Below are positions 1-10,035 of a stretch of 64,000 nucleotides of DNA, in pieces (positions within the stretch are counted from its first letter, which is position 1; every line of letters begins with the position of its first letter). Below the pieces are notes generated by a model. It searched no databases. It was not told where the DNA came from and was given only the letters and a program-made list of their open reading frames with translations. The translations under genes were made by a program, and so were the position numbers. The DNA is from Minisyncoccota bacterium (GTDB lineage Bacteria; Patescibacteriota; Minisyncoccia; Phycocordibacterales; UBA6065): the NCBI GenBank assembly GCA_041661645.1, contig JBAZUA010000001.1, forward strand, positions 125,074-189,073, read 5' to 3'.

Positions 1-1668
1 GACGATGATGGCGTGCTGAATATTGAGGTTAATCTTCTCGCCGTCCTTTGTGGTGGCTGAATCAGCATGGAAAAGCGATGAGCCGAGACGAGCACCGAGA
101 GACGCTCCGAGATGGGCCATCGTGTTGAACTTCTGCCAACCCTCAGAGAGGGCTGATTCATTGAGAACCGCAACGGCTACCTTTCGCTCTTTATCAGACG
201 AGCCGTTCTTTGGACCCGTTTCTTTAGGCTTCATCAAGGGGAAGGCCTGGGTCTCTCTCAGGGGCTTATCGACAAGGAAGGCAAAGAGTCTCTCGCCGAA
301 TCCAAATCCACAGGTTGGTGGCATGCCATGCTCGAGCATTTCGACAAACTCATAGTCTGCCATCATAGCCTCCTCGTCACCCGCATTGATGAGCTTCTGC
401 TGCGCCTCGAAACGCATCTTTTGGTCTACGGGATCATTAAGCTCCGAATATCCCCTGCCAACCTCACTTCCCGCGATAAGAGGCTGGAACATCTGAGCAA
501 CGGGTTTTCCGGAGACGGATTTTGCCAAAGGAGAAACGAGTAGCGGGTGTTCGACAAGAAACGCTGGGCCAGCGATGTTTTTACGACAATATTTCCAGAG
601 GGTATCCATGAGACGCTCTCGATTGTCGCCGACATACTTCACCTTCAGCTCCTTAAGCTTGGCCTTTATCTCATCCTCAGTTGCCGTCTCGATGCCTACG
701 CCCGTCTGCCTCTGTATCTCTTCCGCATAGCGAATCTCCTTCCACTCGTCGGCAAGATCAAAAGAGTGTCCGCGAGTGGTAAATTTGGTCGTACCAAAGA
801 CCTCCCTGGCTATCGTTATATACAAATCCCTGACGAGCTTCATGCCATCTTTGTAATCGGCATAGCTCCAATAAAATTCCATGTTAGTGAATTCCTGGAG
901 ATGTTCGGGACTCGACCCTTCGTTTCGGTAGACGCGACCGATCTCAAAAGTCTTTGGGAAGCCGGCAGCCATGAGGCGTTTCTGCCAGAGTTCGCCAACG
1001 GAAATACGCATGAACACATCAAGATCATAGTCATTATGAAAAGTCTTGAATGGAGCAGCCTCGGCACCGCCCGTGGTAAGTTCGATGGTCGGGGTCTCAA
1101 CCTCAAGAAAGCCATTGGTCTTCAGAAAGGCCCTCGTCACATCCCAGAATTTAGATTTCTTGTAGAACAAATCCCTGAGATCAGGCGTCATGACCATGTC
1201 GAGGTAGCGCTTGCGAAAACGCTCCTCCTCATCCTGAATGCCATGCCATTTCTCAGGAAGCGGAAGAAGCGATTTGGCGGCCATCATCCATGAGGTGGCG
1301 AGAACGCTCTCCTCTCCTTTCTGGGTCACAAACAACGTCCCCGTCACGCTTATGATGTCACCAATGTCGACAGTATCCGTAAAAAGCCCAAATGAGGAAG
1401 CCTCGATAGAATCCTTCTTAAAAACAGCTTGAAACTTTGCAGTCCCATCATCGAGGACAACGAAAAATATGGCGCCCTGTCCACGAATGGCAGTGATCCT
1501 TCCTGAAAGCGAAAGAGGCGCTGTTTGACCAAGCGACTTGAAATTCTTTTTCACATCTTCAAGCGACATGTCTCTTGGAACCTTGGCCGGATAGGCGTCA
1601 ATGCCCGCCTTCTTGAGGAGCTCGAGCTTTGCCAGCCGTCCGTTTCGTATTTCTTCGAGTGATGCCAT
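1..1668 (-). CDS. lysS: Lysine--tRNA ligase (class II) with C-terminal DUF2000-like extension; 3'-truncated by window edge
   Basis: Absent from the ORF track because it has no stop in the window. Manual translation from ATG 1668 gives MASLEEIRNGRLAKL...KSLLPLPEKWHG...RFRKRYLD...GMPPTCGFGFGERL...FPLMKP; the frame then stays open to base 1. Confidence 0.95.
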   Translation of the reverse strand, partial: MASLEEIRNGRLAKLELLKKAGIDAYPAKVPRDMSLEDVKKNFKSLGQTAPLSLSGRITAIRGQGAIFFVVLDDGTAKFQAVFKKDSIEASSFGLFTDTVDIGDIISVTGTLFVTQKGEESVLATSWMMAAKSLLPLPEKWHGIQDEEERFRKRYLDMVMTPDLRDLFYKKSKFWDVTRAFLKTNGFLEVETPTIELTTGGAEAAPFKTFHNDYDLDVFMRISVGELWQKRLMAAGFPKTFEIGRVYRNEGSSPEHLQEFTNMEFYWSYADYKDGMKLVRDLYITIAREVFGTTKFTTRGHSFDLADEWKEIRYAEEIQRQTGVGIETATEDEIKAKLKELKVKYVGDNRERLMDTLWKYCRKNIAGPAFLVEHPLLVSPLAKSVSGKPVAQMFQPLIAGSEVGRGYSELNDPVDQKMRFEAQQKLINAGDEEAMMADYEFVEMLEHGMPPTCGFGFGERLFAFLVDKPLRETQAFPLMKPKETGPKNGSSDKERKVAVAVLNESALSEGWQKFNTMAHLGASLGARLGSSLFHADSATTKDGEKINLNIQHAIIV

Positions 1669-1697
1669 GTGTGGTGCGGCGCCGCAGGCGCCGCGTG

Positions 1698-2162
1698 TTA
1701 GGCGACGGAGATGATCTTATATGCCATCGCGCCCTTTGGGGTGTGGATGGTGACGGTCTCGCCTCGCTTCTTGCCGATGAGAGACGCGCCGAGCGGAGAG
1801 TGGTTCGAGATCATTCCCGCATCGGTGTTAACCTCGTCGGAGCCGACGATCTTGAACTTCTGGGAGCCCTTTGCGCCAGTCTTCTCGACGGTTACCTCTG
1901 AACCCATGGAAACGTGATCACCATGCGCCTCGCGGACGATCTCGGCGGTCTTGAGGGTGTTCTCGATGATGGCAATCCTATCCTCGATGGTAGCCTGTAT
2001 CTCGCGAGCCTCCTGATATTCGGCATTCTCGGACAAATCTCCGAGGGATCGGGCGTATTCGAGATTCTGGGCCACCTCCTTTCGCTTGACCGTCTTCAGG
2101 GTGAGCAGCTCCTGCTCCAACTCCTTGAACTTCTGCTGGGTGAGATATTTTGTGGTATCCAT
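1698..2162 (-). CDS. greA: Transcription elongation factor GreA
   Basis: ARSLGDLSENAEY and ISNHSPLGASLIGK motifs; start reset to ATG 2162. Confidence 0.96.
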   Translation of the reverse strand: MDTTKYLTQQKFKELEQELLTLKTVKRKEVAQNLEYARSLGDLSENAEYQEAREIQATIEDRIAIIENTLKTAEIVREAHGDHVSMGSEVTVEKTGAKGSQKFKIVGSDEVNTDAGMISNHSPLGASLIGKKRGETVTIHTPKGAMAYKIISVA

Positions 2163-2211
2163 GGTGTGAATTATGTATATGTGGCGCAATGATAGCACAG
2201 TTTTCGGGCAT

Positions 2212-2568
2212 TTAAAAGTCCCGCTCGCGTTCAAGGAAGAGAAGCCTGAGATGGTGCCTGCCGAGCTCTGTGTTAATCGTATCGAGCTTCTTCTCCACCC
2301 TATCGAAACGCTTGTCGATTTCGAGGAATTGCCCCTGTATGCTGGTAGCGAGCCATTCGATTTTGCCGTCCATCATAGATTCCACACGGACGGCAAACGC
2401 CTCTATTTTCGCGTCCATCATGGCCTCCATGCGAATGGCGAAAACCTCCAATTTGGCGTCGATCTTGACACCCACCATCTCCTCCAGACGCACAAAAAAG
2501 GCGTCAAAAGACCTGGCAAGCACGGTCTCGAGCTGTCCGAGAGTGACGAATTGATCCTTTGCTTCCAT
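2212..2568 (-). CDS. Hypothetical coiled-coil protein with three 15-aa internal repeats
   Basis: 118-aa ORF with DAKLEVFAIRMEAMM / DAKIEAFAVRVESMM / DGKIEWLATSIQGQF; TATGAT lies 6 nt before the ATG. Confidence 0.75.
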   Translation of the reverse strand: MEAKDQFVTLGQLETVLARSFDAFFVRLEEMVGVKIDAKLEVFAIRMEAMMDAKIEAFAVRVESMMDGKIEWLATSIQGQFLEIDKRFDRVEKKLDTINTELGRHHLRLLFLERERDF

Positions 2569-2643
2569 GCAAACATCATAGCGCCCGACATTCGAAAAAG
2601 AGATAAATTAGATATAAAAAACGACAGTCAAACACGTACCGAT

Positions 2644-4323
2644 TTATTCGGCAAGATAGGGTGAGTTGTTCGAGTGCATCCAATCGAACATCTGGCGCAT
2701 GACCGAGGTTGCGCCGAACAGGTTTCCGCGCGGGCCGCGCTCCATCATGACGATGAAGGCGTATTTCGGGTTTTGATAGGGAAAGAAGCCGTTTACCCAT
2801 GAGTTTACGTACGCCTTTGAGACTCCAAGCTCCGCCGTTCCTGTCTTGGCGGCTATCTGCACGTAGGGGACATTGAGTCCGCTCGCGCTTCCAATAAGGG
2901 CACCCTTCCTCATGCCCTCGCGCACAATTTGAAAGTTGGCGGGGTCTATGGGGAGTCTGTCGCCCTCGATCGGCGTCAGCCCGTCATCCTTGAGAATCGT
3001 CGGGTGCAGCAGGGTTCCGCTATTCGCAATCGAGGCCACGGCCTTGAGCATCTGAAGCGGGGTCACCTGGAAGCCATACTGTCCGATCGAGGTGAAATAC
3101 GTATCGCCGATTCTCCACGGGTCGCCCGGAAATACCTTGTCCTTCCATGCGGGCGAAGGAACGGTGCCGGTGGGACCGTCGAAAATGCCGCCGTCGGAGC
3201 TCCTGCCGAGGCCAAACAGCGAGAAGTACTTGTTGAGCCGGTCTATGCCAAGCCCCTCCTGGCCCTCGAAGCCTCCGCCCACCTCGTAGAAATAGACGTT
3301 CGACGACACGGCAATTGCCGTGCGCATGTCGACGAGGCCGTGGGCCTTCCAGTCCATAAAGGTAGTCTTCCTCGTCGGGTCATAGGGGTTCGGCACGCTG
3401 ATCGATCCGGTGCTCAAAATCTGGGTGGCGGGGTCGATGGTCTTTTCGGTGAGGGCCGCGAGCGCCACGTAGGGCTTCACTATCGATCCGGGCGTATAGA
3501 GACCCGATATTATTCGATTGAGGAAGGGTTTGTTCTTGTTATCGGTCAGATACTGGGATATAAGCCTCGAGTTCGTGCCGTCGGTCATGACCTGGCTCGA
3601 ATATTCGGGATAGCTGGTCAGGGCCAGTATCTCACCCGTACGAACGTCGATCATCGCCCCCGCCCCACCGCTGAACCCCACACGCTCGGCCAGAGCCTTG
3701 ATCTCGTCGTAGAGCTTGCCCTGAAATACGGAGTCGATGGACAGGGTCAAATTCTGTCCGTCCCTAGGCTGCCTGATGACCGACTCAGAGTCAGTCTTGC
3801 CGAAGGCGTCGACGCTCACGATCTTGAGACCGTGCTCTCCCTGAAGTTCGGAGTCGAACACCTTCTCGATGCCGGCCACGCCCTCGAACTGGTCTCGATA
3901 ATAGAAGCCGGACTTGTCCTTGGCGGGATACTTGAGGTATCCGAGGAGATGGGCAAAACCATCCTGCGAAGCATACTTCCTGAGCGAGAAGTCGGGGTCA
4001 TTGGGATTCGATGCGTTCCAGGCGAGCTTGACTCCGTTTCTATCGGCGATGGCGCCGCGTTCCGAGAAGATGAGCGTCTGTCTCACCATGTTGTTCTCGC
4101 TCATCTGGGCAAATGAGTTGCCGTTCTTGACCTGAAGCGACCAGTCCTTGGCCACGAGCACAAGGGCAAGCAGTCCGAAGACGGACGAGAGGACGATGAT
4201 CGATGCCAGGGATATCGGTTTTTCGATGCGCCCCTCGAACTGATGCACGTCGAAAGCCGGCAGGTTCTCCGCATCAAGGAATATCTCGTCCGGGTCTATC
4301 TGAACGCGTCTCTTTCTGTTCAT
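2644..4323 (-). CDS. mrdA: Penicillin-binding protein 2 (class B transpeptidase)
   Basis: N-terminal TM helix, PGSIVK (SxxK), SSN (SxN) and KTGTAE motifs; downstream of mreBCD. Confidence 0.93.
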   Translation of the reverse strand: MNRKRRVQIDPDEIFLDAENLPAFDVHQFEGRIEKPISLASIIVLSSVFGLLALVLVAKDWSLQVKNGNSFAQMSENNMVRQTLIFSERGAIADRNGVKLAWNASNPNDPDFSLRKYASQDGFAHLLGYLKYPAKDKSGFYYRDQFEGVAGIEKVFDSELQGEHGLKIVSVDAFGKTDSESVIRQPRDGQNLTLSIDSVFQGKLYDEIKALAERVGFSGGAGAMIDVRTGEILALTSYPEYSSQVMTDGTNSRLISQYLTDNKNKPFLNRIISGLYTPGSIVKPYVALAALTEKTIDPATQILSTGSISVPNPYDPTRKTTFMDWKAHGLVDMRTAIAVSSNVYFYEVGGGFEGQEGLGIDRLNKYFSLFGLGRSSDGGIFDGPTGTVPSPAWKDKVFPGDPWRIGDTYFTSIGQYGFQVTPLQMLKAVASIANSGTLLHPTILKDDGLTPIEGDRLPIDPANFQIVREGMRKGALIGSASGLNVPYVQIAAKTGTAELGVSKAYVNSWVNGFFPYQNPKYAFIVMMERGPRGNLFGATSVMRQMFDWMHSNNSPYLAE

Positions 4324-4332
4324 GGAATCATC

Positions 4333-4581
4333 TTACCAGGAAACACGGCTTCGGATCGCGGTCGCCGTCACGAAGGCCAGGACGGCAAAGGCGCTCCAGA
4401 CGAACGGGAAGCCATGAAAGCCAGAGGGGGTGGCATACAGCGAGTCGATGAGCATTCCATAGATGGCGACCTCATAAAAGTGCGGCACGAGAAAGCAGGC
4501 GGCGAGCATCAGGGGCACACAGAGCCACCATGGGAAGAAGAGTGCCGATATGATGAGGGTTATGTTGAAGGCGATGCGCAT
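4333..4581 (-). CDS. Small membrane protein, MreD-like by position
   Basis: 82 aa, hydrophobic, lies between mreC and pbp2. Confidence 0.55.
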   Translation of the reverse strand: MRIAFNITLIISALFFPWWLCVPLMLAACFLVPHFYEVAIYGMLIDSLYATPSGFHGFPFVWSAFAVLAFVTATAIRSRVSW

Positions 4582-4592
4582 GAGAAATGGAG

Positions 4593-5399
4593 CTAGCGGG
4601 CCTTTGACTCAGTCTCAACCTCGACGAACTGAAGCTGATGCATGTTGACGGGCGCCTTGAAGAGAATGGTCTGAAGGGAATCCGTCGAATCGACCGATAT
4701 GTTCTCGACGATGCCGAATATGTGCGAGCGGATATGTGGAAAGGTTATTGCATCGCCCTCTTTGACATCGACGCCGACGGGGAGACGCGCCTCGAAGTTG
4801 CCCCCTCCCCTGCCCACGGCCTGTGCCTGGACGGTGGAAGATCCGAAGAGGACGGGCACGATCCGCCCCGGCATCGAGAAAAGGCTGACGCGCGCGGTGG
4901 CCCCGAAGACCTCGGAGACGTCGCCGAGAAGCACCGTCCCGTCGGAATACACCTTGTCTCCGATGGCGATCCCGTCGGATGAGCCGACGTCGATGATGAA
5001 CGTGTCGTAGAACGAGAGCGGTGGACGCGAGAGTATGATGCCGAGGACGTCCTTGCCGGACGGAACGCGTCCGAGGAGGCTCTTGAGCTGTTCGTTCTCC
5101 CTCTTGAGGCCATCAAGCAGGAGCGCGCCCGAATCACGAATCGCTATTTCCCCCTGAAGGCGCTGATTCTCGACGAGAAGGGTGTATTTGGAGCTGACCA
5201 GGGATCCGAGCCTGCCGAATATCCCCAAAACGGACGCCTCGGATTTCCAGGCAACGGATGCCATGGGAAGGAACATCCTGGCATAGAAATTAGGAAAGAT
5301 GAGGTGTATGACGAAGAGTAGGCCTACGCCCATAATCGCGGCGGCCGTCATGGCCCTGCCCTTCTTCTGCTGAACGTTACTGCGTCTTAGGTAGGTCAT
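4593..5399 (-). CDS. mreC: Rod shape-determining protein MreC
   Basis: TM helix, coiled coil (ENQRLQ, ENEQLKSLL), IIDVGSSDGIAIGDKV; follows mreB. Confidence 0.9.
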   Translation of the reverse strand: MTYLRRSNVQQKKGRAMTAAAIMGVGLLFVIHLIFPNFYARMFLPMASVAWKSEASVLGIFGRLGSLVSSKYTLLVENQRLQGEIAIRDSGALLLDGLKRENEQLKSLLGRVPSGKDVLGIILSRPPLSFYDTFIIDVGSSDGIAIGDKVYSDGTVLLGDVSEVFGATARVSLFSMPGRIVPVLFGSSTVQAQAVGRGGGNFEARLPVGVDVKEGDAITFPHIRSHIFGIVENISVDSTDSLQTILFKAPVNMHQLQFVEVETESKAR

Positions 5400-6441
5400 C
5401 TTCGTTTTGGATGAGCACGTCAGCATACTTCTCTATGTCCTCGAGGATCATCCCTGTGCCGCGGGCGACCGCGGTGAGAGGGTCATCCGCTATATGGACG
5501 GGAATCTTGACGCTCTCCTCGATGAGGGTGTCGAGGCCGCGGATGAGGGCACCTCCCCCGACGAGGTAGATGCCGCGATGCATGACGTCGGCGAGGATCT
5601 CGGGAGGCATGGTCTCGAGCACCTCCTTGACCGAGTCGACGAGGTTCTCGACGGACTGTCCGACGGCCTGTCGGATGTCGGAGTCGGTGAGGACGACCTC
5701 GCGCGGGAGGCCGGTGACCAGGTCGCGCCCGCGAATCGGCGCCTCGTGCGGCGTAGCCCCCGGCACGACGACGCCGATGGCGATCTTCACATCCTCGGCA
5801 GTCTTCTCGCCGATGAGTATCTTGAACTCGTTCCTGATGTACGAGATGATGTCGTTGTTGAGGCGGTCTCCGGCGATCTTGAGGGATTTGGAGCGCACGA
5901 CTCCGCCAAGGGATATGACGGCGATGTCCGTGGTTCCGCCGCCGATGTCGATGACCATGTTGCCCGCGGGCTCATGAATCGGAAGCTTGATGCCGATCGC
6001 GGCCGCCATCGGCTGCTCGACGACGTGAACCTCGCGCGCGCCGGCATTTTTGGTGGCATCGCGGACGGCGCGCGCCTCGACGTTGGTCACGCCCGAGGGA
6101 ATGCCCACGATGACGCGGGGACCGAAGAACTTCTTGGAATCCTTCTGCGACTTATTGAGAAGGTAGACGAGCATCTCCTCGGCAATCTCAAAGTCCGAGA
6201 TGACACCCTCAACGAGCGGTCGGACGGCTGCGATATGGGCCGGGGTTCTGCCAAGCATGTCCTTTGCCTGTGAGCCGACCGCCACGACGCGACCAGTTTT
6301 CTGATTGATGGCGACGACTGACGGCTCGTTAATGATGATGCCCTGCCCCTTCACGTACACGAGGGTATTCGCGGTTCCAAGGTCGATGCCTATGTCATGC
6401 GAGAAGGCAGCGTACAGTCTATCAGTGAGTTTTTGTATCAT
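5377..6441 (-). CDS. mreB: Rod shape-determining protein MreB (operonic copy)
   Basis: IGIDLGTANT, EPSVVA, DIGGGTTD, GGGALIRG. Confidence 0.97.
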   Translation of the reverse strand: MIQKLTDRLYAAFSHDIGIDLGTANTLVYVKGQGIIINEPSVVAINQKTGRVVAVGSQAKDMLGRTPAHIAAVRPLVEGVISDFEIAEEMLVYLLNKSQKDSKKFFGPRVIVGIPSGVTNVEARAVRDATKNAGAREVHVVEQPMAAAIGIKLPIHEPAGNMVIDIGGGTTDIAVISLGGVVRSKSLKIAGDRLNNDIISYIRNEFKILIGEKTAEDVKIAIGVVVPGATPHEAPIRGRDLVTGLPREVVLTDSDIRQAVGQSVENLVDSVKEVLETMPPEILADVMHRGIYLVGGGALIRGLDTLIEESVKIPVHIADDPLTAVARGTGMILEDIEKYADVLIQNEDDLPKTQ

Positions 6442-7706
6442 GAAAGCAGTTGTATAAGCTCCTTCTCGGTAATCATGGAGGTGGCGCCCGTGGCCCGCTC
6501 CTTCAGTTCATACGTTCCAGCGGCCAAAGTCTTTTCAGAGACGACGATACGATAAGGCATCCCCATGAGATCGGCATCTGCGAATTTCTCGCCCGGTCGC
6601 GTCTCGCGGTCGTCATAGAGGACCTCGATGCCGGCGGCGGAGAGGGCCGCGTAGAGTCGGTCCGCCTCGTTTCGCGAGGCATTGGCTGGATCGGTTGCGC
6701 CACCCCTGCCGTCGACAAGAACGAGATGGGCCTTGAACGGTGCGACGGATTTCGGCCAGACGATACCCTTGTCATCGGCGAGGGCCTCGACGATAGTCCC
6801 CATGACGCGACTGAGACCGATACCGTAGCAGCCCATGATGACCGTCTTCTTCTCGCCCTTCTCGTCGATGTACGCGAGATTCAAGGGCTCGGAGAATTTG
6901 GTGCCGAGGTTAAAGATGTTCCCCACCTCGACGGCCTTCTTTTCCACAAGCTCTTCTCGCTTAAGGCCAAGATCAGCAAGAACCGATGGCTCGAGCACCT
7001 CCTTGTTCACGGCAACCTTCTTGCCCTCATGAACATAAATCATGTCTTCGCCAGCATCGGTTATAGTCTGAAACTCTTCGGAGTACTTGCTGAAACTCCC
7101 CCCAAGGGCGAATGTCGGATATGTCACATGACCGAGGCCCACACGGGCAAATATATTCACATACGCCTGCTTTGCCTTTTGATAGAAAGAATCATGCTCT
7201 TCCTGGGTCCTGGAAAAGGAATAGAGGTCCTTCATGAGAAACTCGCGCCCGCGCATGATACCTGACTTGGCACGGGCCTCGTTCCTGAACTTCGTCTGGA
7301 ACTGATATACGGATCGAGGGAGGTCTCGATACGATGAAACATACTCCGACATGATCTCGGTCAAAGGCTCCTCGTGAGTCGATGCCAGTCCGACCTCCGT
7401 GCCGTTCTGAAACTTTGACTTGAACCAGTTATCGACGACCGAATCATCCCAGCGATTGGTCTTTTGCCAGAGGGCCTTGCTCTGAAGGGCGGTAAGCGAG
7501 ACCTCCTGCCCGCCGATGGCATTGACCTCGTCGCGGATGATCTGCTCGATGTTTTCCATGACGCGCAGGCCGAGCGGCAAAAACGCATACACGCCCGCCA
7601 TCTCCTTGTAGACATATCCCGCGCGTATGAGAAGCTGCGCGTTCTTGGCAACCTCATCTTTAGGTGCCTCCTTTCGGGTCTTGGTGAATAGTTTGCTCTG
7701 GCGCAT
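6438..7706 (-). CDS. proS: Proline--tRNA ligase, short form without the editing insertion domain
   Basis: LLIRAGY, THEE, KFRNEAR, REFLMKDLYSF, EVGNIF, MGCYGIG, anticodon-binding domain; 422 aa. Confidence 0.96.
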   Translation of the reverse strand: MRQSKLFTKTRKEAPKDEVAKNAQLLIRAGYVYKEMAGVYAFLPLGLRVMENIEQIIRDEVNAIGGQEVSLTALQSKALWQKTNRWDDSVVDNWFKSKFQNGTEVGLASTHEEPLTEIMSEYVSSYRDLPRSVYQFQTKFRNEARAKSGIMRGREFLMKDLYSFSRTQEEHDSFYQKAKQAYVNIFARVGLGHVTYPTFALGGSFSKYSEEFQTITDAGEDMIYVHEGKKVAVNKEVLEPSVLADLGLKREELVEKKAVEVGNIFNLGTKFSEPLNLAYIDEKGEKKTVIMGCYGIGLSRVMGTIVEALADDKGIVWPKSVAPFKAHLVLVDGRGGATDPANASRNEADRLYAALSAAGIEVLYDDRETRPGEKFADADLMGMPYRIVVSEKTLAAGTYELKERATGATSMITEKELIQLLS

Positions 7707-7872
7707 GGTTTTATCGCTTAAAGACGCTTTGGTATCGCAATAATAGCCTATATCCTATGGTTTTGGAAGCTTGCGGATTCTGACTCCGAATGCCATTGCA
7801 ATTAGCGAGTATCTGTGGTATTATACAGAGCAGTCAGCCACTTCGTATTTCAACGTCAGTTCCTCGCAATAC

Positions 7873-8079
7873 ATGAAAAAACTAGCTCTCGCAGCCCTCT
7901 CGTCCGAGCGTTCTGCGAGAATCCTTCACATCACCCTCAGCGTCATCTTCCCGGGCCTCGCCCTCTACGCCTTCCAACAGAGGCCTCCCCAGGTTTTCCT
8001 GGGCCTCCTTTGGATCATCGTAAGTGCCCTGTTCATCAAGGCAACGCCCGGAAAGAAAACTGAGAGCGACACGATATGA
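7873..8079 (+). CDS. Small two-TM hypothetical protein
   Basis: 68 aa with two hydrophobic segments; TTGCAA-17-TATTAT promoter upstream and terminator downstream. Confidence 0.65.
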   Translation: MKKLALAALSSERSARILHITLSVIFPGLALYAFQQRPPQVFLGLLWIIVSALFIKATPGKKTESDTI

Positions 8080-8084
8080 CAGGC

Positions 8085-8120
8085 AAGCCCCGCGACCACT
8101 CAGTGGCGCGGGGCTTTTTT
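8085..8120 (+). terminator. Intrinsic terminator
   Basis: aagccccgcg...cgcggggctt stem followed by a T-run, between convergent genes. Confidence 0.8.
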
Positions 8121-8140
8121 CTTTTCCTATCAGATAACCT

Positions 8141-9232
8141 TTATCTGAAGATCTTGAGTATGTCCCGATAGGTGACAAACAGCATGAGAAGTATCAGTAT
8201 GCCGAAGCCGACCGCATTTGTCATGTTGGCGACGGCTGGCCTGATCGGCGAGCGCTTGATCGCCTCGATTATGACGAACAGGATGCGTCCTCCGTCGAGC
8301 GCCGGGAATGGCACCAGGTTAAGCGCAGCGAGGTTAAGCGATATGAATGCGGTGAACGAGAGCAGATAAACTATGCCGAGCTTGCCCGCGTCGCCGACCA
8401 GTCGGGCGATACCCACAGGGCCGGAGACCTGCGAGAAATCGGCCCTGCCAAGCACCGCGTCATGAGCGAGCGTATACAGATTCGTGGCTATGCCCGTGAA
8501 CATGTCGATAGTGAGCCTCCCTCCCTCCCAGATGGCGAGATGGAGCGGCAGGACGACCTTACCGGCCTGGTCCATGGATATGCCGATGGCATATACGTCT
8601 GACGAGCCCATCTCGGGAATCGCCGTGACAGAGAGGTCCGTGCCGTCTCGATCAATGCCGAAGGTCATCTCGGCCCCTTTCGACGCCCTAACCGCCGCCT
8701 GTATGAATTCGACGGTCGGCACAGAGGTCGTGGCTCCCGCGGCGAAGAGGGTCCTCACCTGGTCACCCGACTTGAGGCCCGCCTTGAGGGCCGGAGAGTT
8801 CGGTAGAATGCCGAGTATGATGACATGTGAGTCCTGGACGTATTTGTTGTCCGTGCCGGTGACGATGGTCGTCATACCCGAGAGATACGCGACGGAAAAG
8901 AGGAGCCATGCGAAGAGGATGTTCATGAGCACGCCCGAGGCGAGCACCACCACCTGCTTCCATTTGGCTATGTTGACGAAGCTCCTGCCTTTGTGAGGAC
9001 CATCTATCGAATCAGCATCGGGATTCTCCCCGAATATCTTGACGAACCCGCCGAACGGGATGGCGTTTATGGAATAAAGCGTCTCCCCTACCTTCTTGCC
9101 CCAGATCCTCGGTGGGAATCCGAGGCCGAACTCGTCCACGCGGACGCCGAATCGCTTGGCCGCGAAGAAATGGCCGAACTCGTGAACGAGCACAAGCACC
9201 GCAAGTATGACGAAAAAGAGGACTATGGACAT
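8141..9232 (-). CDS. rseP: RIP zinc metalloprotease RseP (M50 family, PDZ domain)
   Basis: HEFGH, AIPFGGFVKI, SGPVGI, NLVPFPALDGG. Confidence 0.95.
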   Translation of the reverse strand: MSIVLFFVILAVLVLVHEFGHFFAAKRFGVRVDEFGLGFPPRIWGKKVGETLYSINAIPFGGFVKIFGENPDADSIDGPHKGRSFVNIAKWKQVVVLASGVLMNILFAWLLFSVAYLSGMTTIVTGTDNKYVQDSHVIILGILPNSPALKAGLKSGDQVRTLFAAGATTSVPTVEFIQAAVRASKGAEMTFGIDRDGTDLSVTAIPEMGSSDVYAIGISMDQAGKVVLPLHLAIWEGGRLTIDMFTGIATNLYTLAHDAVLGRADFSQVSGPVGIARLVGDAGKLGIVYLLSFTAFISLNLAALNLVPFPALDGGRILFVIIEAIKRSPIRPAVANMTNAVGFGILILLMLFVTYRDILKIFR

Positions 9233-9262
9233 GTGATGAATGGTGCGCGATCGCGCTTTAGG

Positions 9263-9814
9263 CTAGCTTAAAATCTCCTTTTCCTTCTTGTCCATGAGGT
9301 CGGCGAGCTTCTTGTTCGCCTCGTCAACGAGCTTCTGGACGTCCGCCTTGAAGCGGAACTTCTCGTCCTCGCCCATGCCACCCTCCTTCTCGAGGGCGTC
9401 AATGTCGGAATTAGCCTCGTCGCGGAGCTTCCTGATCTGGATCTTGGCCTGTTCGAGCTTCTCCTTAGTCGACTTCACTATCTCGACGCGTCGCTCGCCG
9501 GTCAGCTCGGGAAAGGAGACACGAACGCCCTTGTCATCGACGGAAACCGAAAGGCCGAGATTGGCAACGACAATAGACTTCTCGATTGCCTTGACCAAGC
9601 TGTTGTCCCAAGGATTGACGCGTATGGTCAAGGGACCTTCGTTCAGGATGCTCGCCACCTGATTGAGGGGAACGTCAGATCCATATGACTCGACATGCAC
9701 ACTGTCGAGTATGGCGGGGTTAGCGCGGTTGGTGCGAATGCTCGAAAGCTCCTTCTGGAGCCAGGCTTCGGTTGAGGCTATGTCTGCCTTAATTTTGGTG
9801 AAATTGTATTGCAT
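9263..9814 (-). CDS. frr: Ribosome recycling factor
   Basis: IRTNRANPAILD, PLNQVA, FPELTGERR. Confidence 0.95.
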   Translation of the reverse strand: MQYNFTKIKADIASTEAWLQKELSSIRTNRANPAILDSVHVESYGSDVPLNQVASILNEGPLTIRVNPWDNSLVKAIEKSIVVANLGLSVSVDDKGVRVSFPELTGERRVEIVKSTKEKLEQAKIQIRKLRDEANSDIDALEKEGGMGEDEKFRFKADVQKLVDEANKKLADLMDKKEKEILS

Positions 9815-9965
9815 ATGGGGAAATGATATCACGAAATCAAAAGTCGAGGAGCTTTACTTAGTGTGATGATTATAGTCGAGCGGGGTATTTTAATATTACT
9901 TTATGAGGAAAGGAATCGGCCTGTTTTAAAATAACAAGCGACGGAGATTGGTAGCCTCTCGTCTT

Positions 9966-10035
9966 GGGCATGCTGGTGGCTCAGGCCTCCGGTCTTACCA
10001 CCCGGAGGATGCGGGTTCGATCACCGCCATGTCCA
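9966..10035 (+). tRNA. Atypical or degenerate tRNA-Val(TAC)-like element
   Basis: 7-bp acceptor stem GGGCATG/CATGTCC plus A73; T-arm GCGGG-TTCGATC-ACCGC; anticodon loop CT-TAC-CA. D-arm is short and non-canonical, with C8 and C37, and no encoded CCA. Confidence 0.6.
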
